Shown here: one piece after another, positions 63,146 through 64,000 of the stretch
How positions within the stretch are numbered: the first letter of the stretch is position 1
How the letters are laid out: every line of letters starts with the position of its first letter
Source: Antedon mediterranea
Lineage: Eukaryota > Animalia > Echinodermata
NCBI RefSeq assembly: GCF_964355755.1
Contig: NC_092670.1
Coordinates: 34,708,388-34,772,387 of the forward strand
Direction of reading: 5' to 3'
Length of the DNA stretch: 64,000 nt
Position numbers and translations under genes: made by a program
Notes under the pieces: generated by a model
The model's database searches: none
The model's input: the letters and a program-made list of their open reading frames with translations, nothing else
What the model was told of the DNA's origin: nothing

Positions 63146-64000
63146 AATGCTATATCTAATGTTGTCACCGTCTCTAAACCCATTGTTGTTGTTCTTGTCA
63201 CAGCCGCCAGTAATAATATACTAATAACATTACTTGAAAACAGGTCGCTGGAACACTGACCATGTTTCTTTGATAGTGCATGGCAGGTTCTTGTTTCTTG
63301 TGATGTTTTTTCTTAAGTAGGTGTAGCAACATAATTATATGTTATAATTAAATAATGTTTTCAAAGTTACACACATCACATGTAGCCCTTCAATATATTG
63401 ACAGTTGACGATTCATTATATTATTTTTTTTATTAAGCGCTGTTTACATAGCGCTTTACACTTGCAAAATGGTACAAACAACATCAAACTAAAGTTGAAT
63501 CTAGGTGGTGAGAACAAAATTAATTCAGTTTTGGCATAATTCAATTTTAACTTTAATGCATCCAGGAGCGGACATCGTTGACACATTTATTTGCCAATAG
63601 ATAACCTGAAATCAGCGTAAAGATGAAACAATACACCACCATTCTTTAAAATATTTGGGATTGGTTTTGTTTTAGGAAAACATATGGTAGCAATTTTAAT
63701 AAATGGAAACATGTATGACAACTCTTTATATTTACAGCATATTTCAAATAATGGGAAAATTACAATTCACAAAAGACAAAAAATCTATAATGTCTATTTA
63801 CAAGTGGAGAGGGGAATTTTTGTTTTTTTATTTTTTTAAATTAAAGCCTTTTAATAATATGAGCCTAAAGTAAGGAGAAAATATGGTGGTATATTCAGAA
63901 TTCTGACTGAAAGTCATTTTGATTATATAATGAAAACTTATCTTTATCAACATCAGAATTAATTTTGGCAGAAATTGTCCACTTTATTATCAACATTTTT

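Overview
AT-rich, intron-rich animal genomic DNA; an invertebrate deuterostome is my inference from the XPB N-terminus and the Deu/Nin-type SINEs. The left half holds three spliced genes: the 3' part of a Pro/Glu-rich scaffold protein with cordon-bleu-like motifs (+, ends 11076), a complete 14-coding-exon NOM1 (-, 15119-23856), and head-to-head ERCC3/XPB (+, from 24894). I can follow XPB exons only to 35215, and none of the expected C-terminal exons appear in the remaining 28.8 kb. That stretch, probably one giant XPB intron, carries on the opposite strand a secreted C-type lectin gene and five tandem paralogues (A-E) of a type I membrane receptor I do not recognise. Each paralogue has an intronless CDS: signal peptide, Ig-like domains with hypervariable loops, a TM helix, and a Tyr-motif tail expanded by 156-bp repeats. 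The copies show stages of birth-and-death decay (nonsense, frameshift, deletion, LINE/Helitron/MITE insertion), and two conserved upstream blocks share three RUNX-type sites. This looks like a candidate undescribed immune or allorecognition receptor cluster. Many MITEs, SINEs, LINE fragments and minisatellites are also present. All calls are by eye; no database searches were run.
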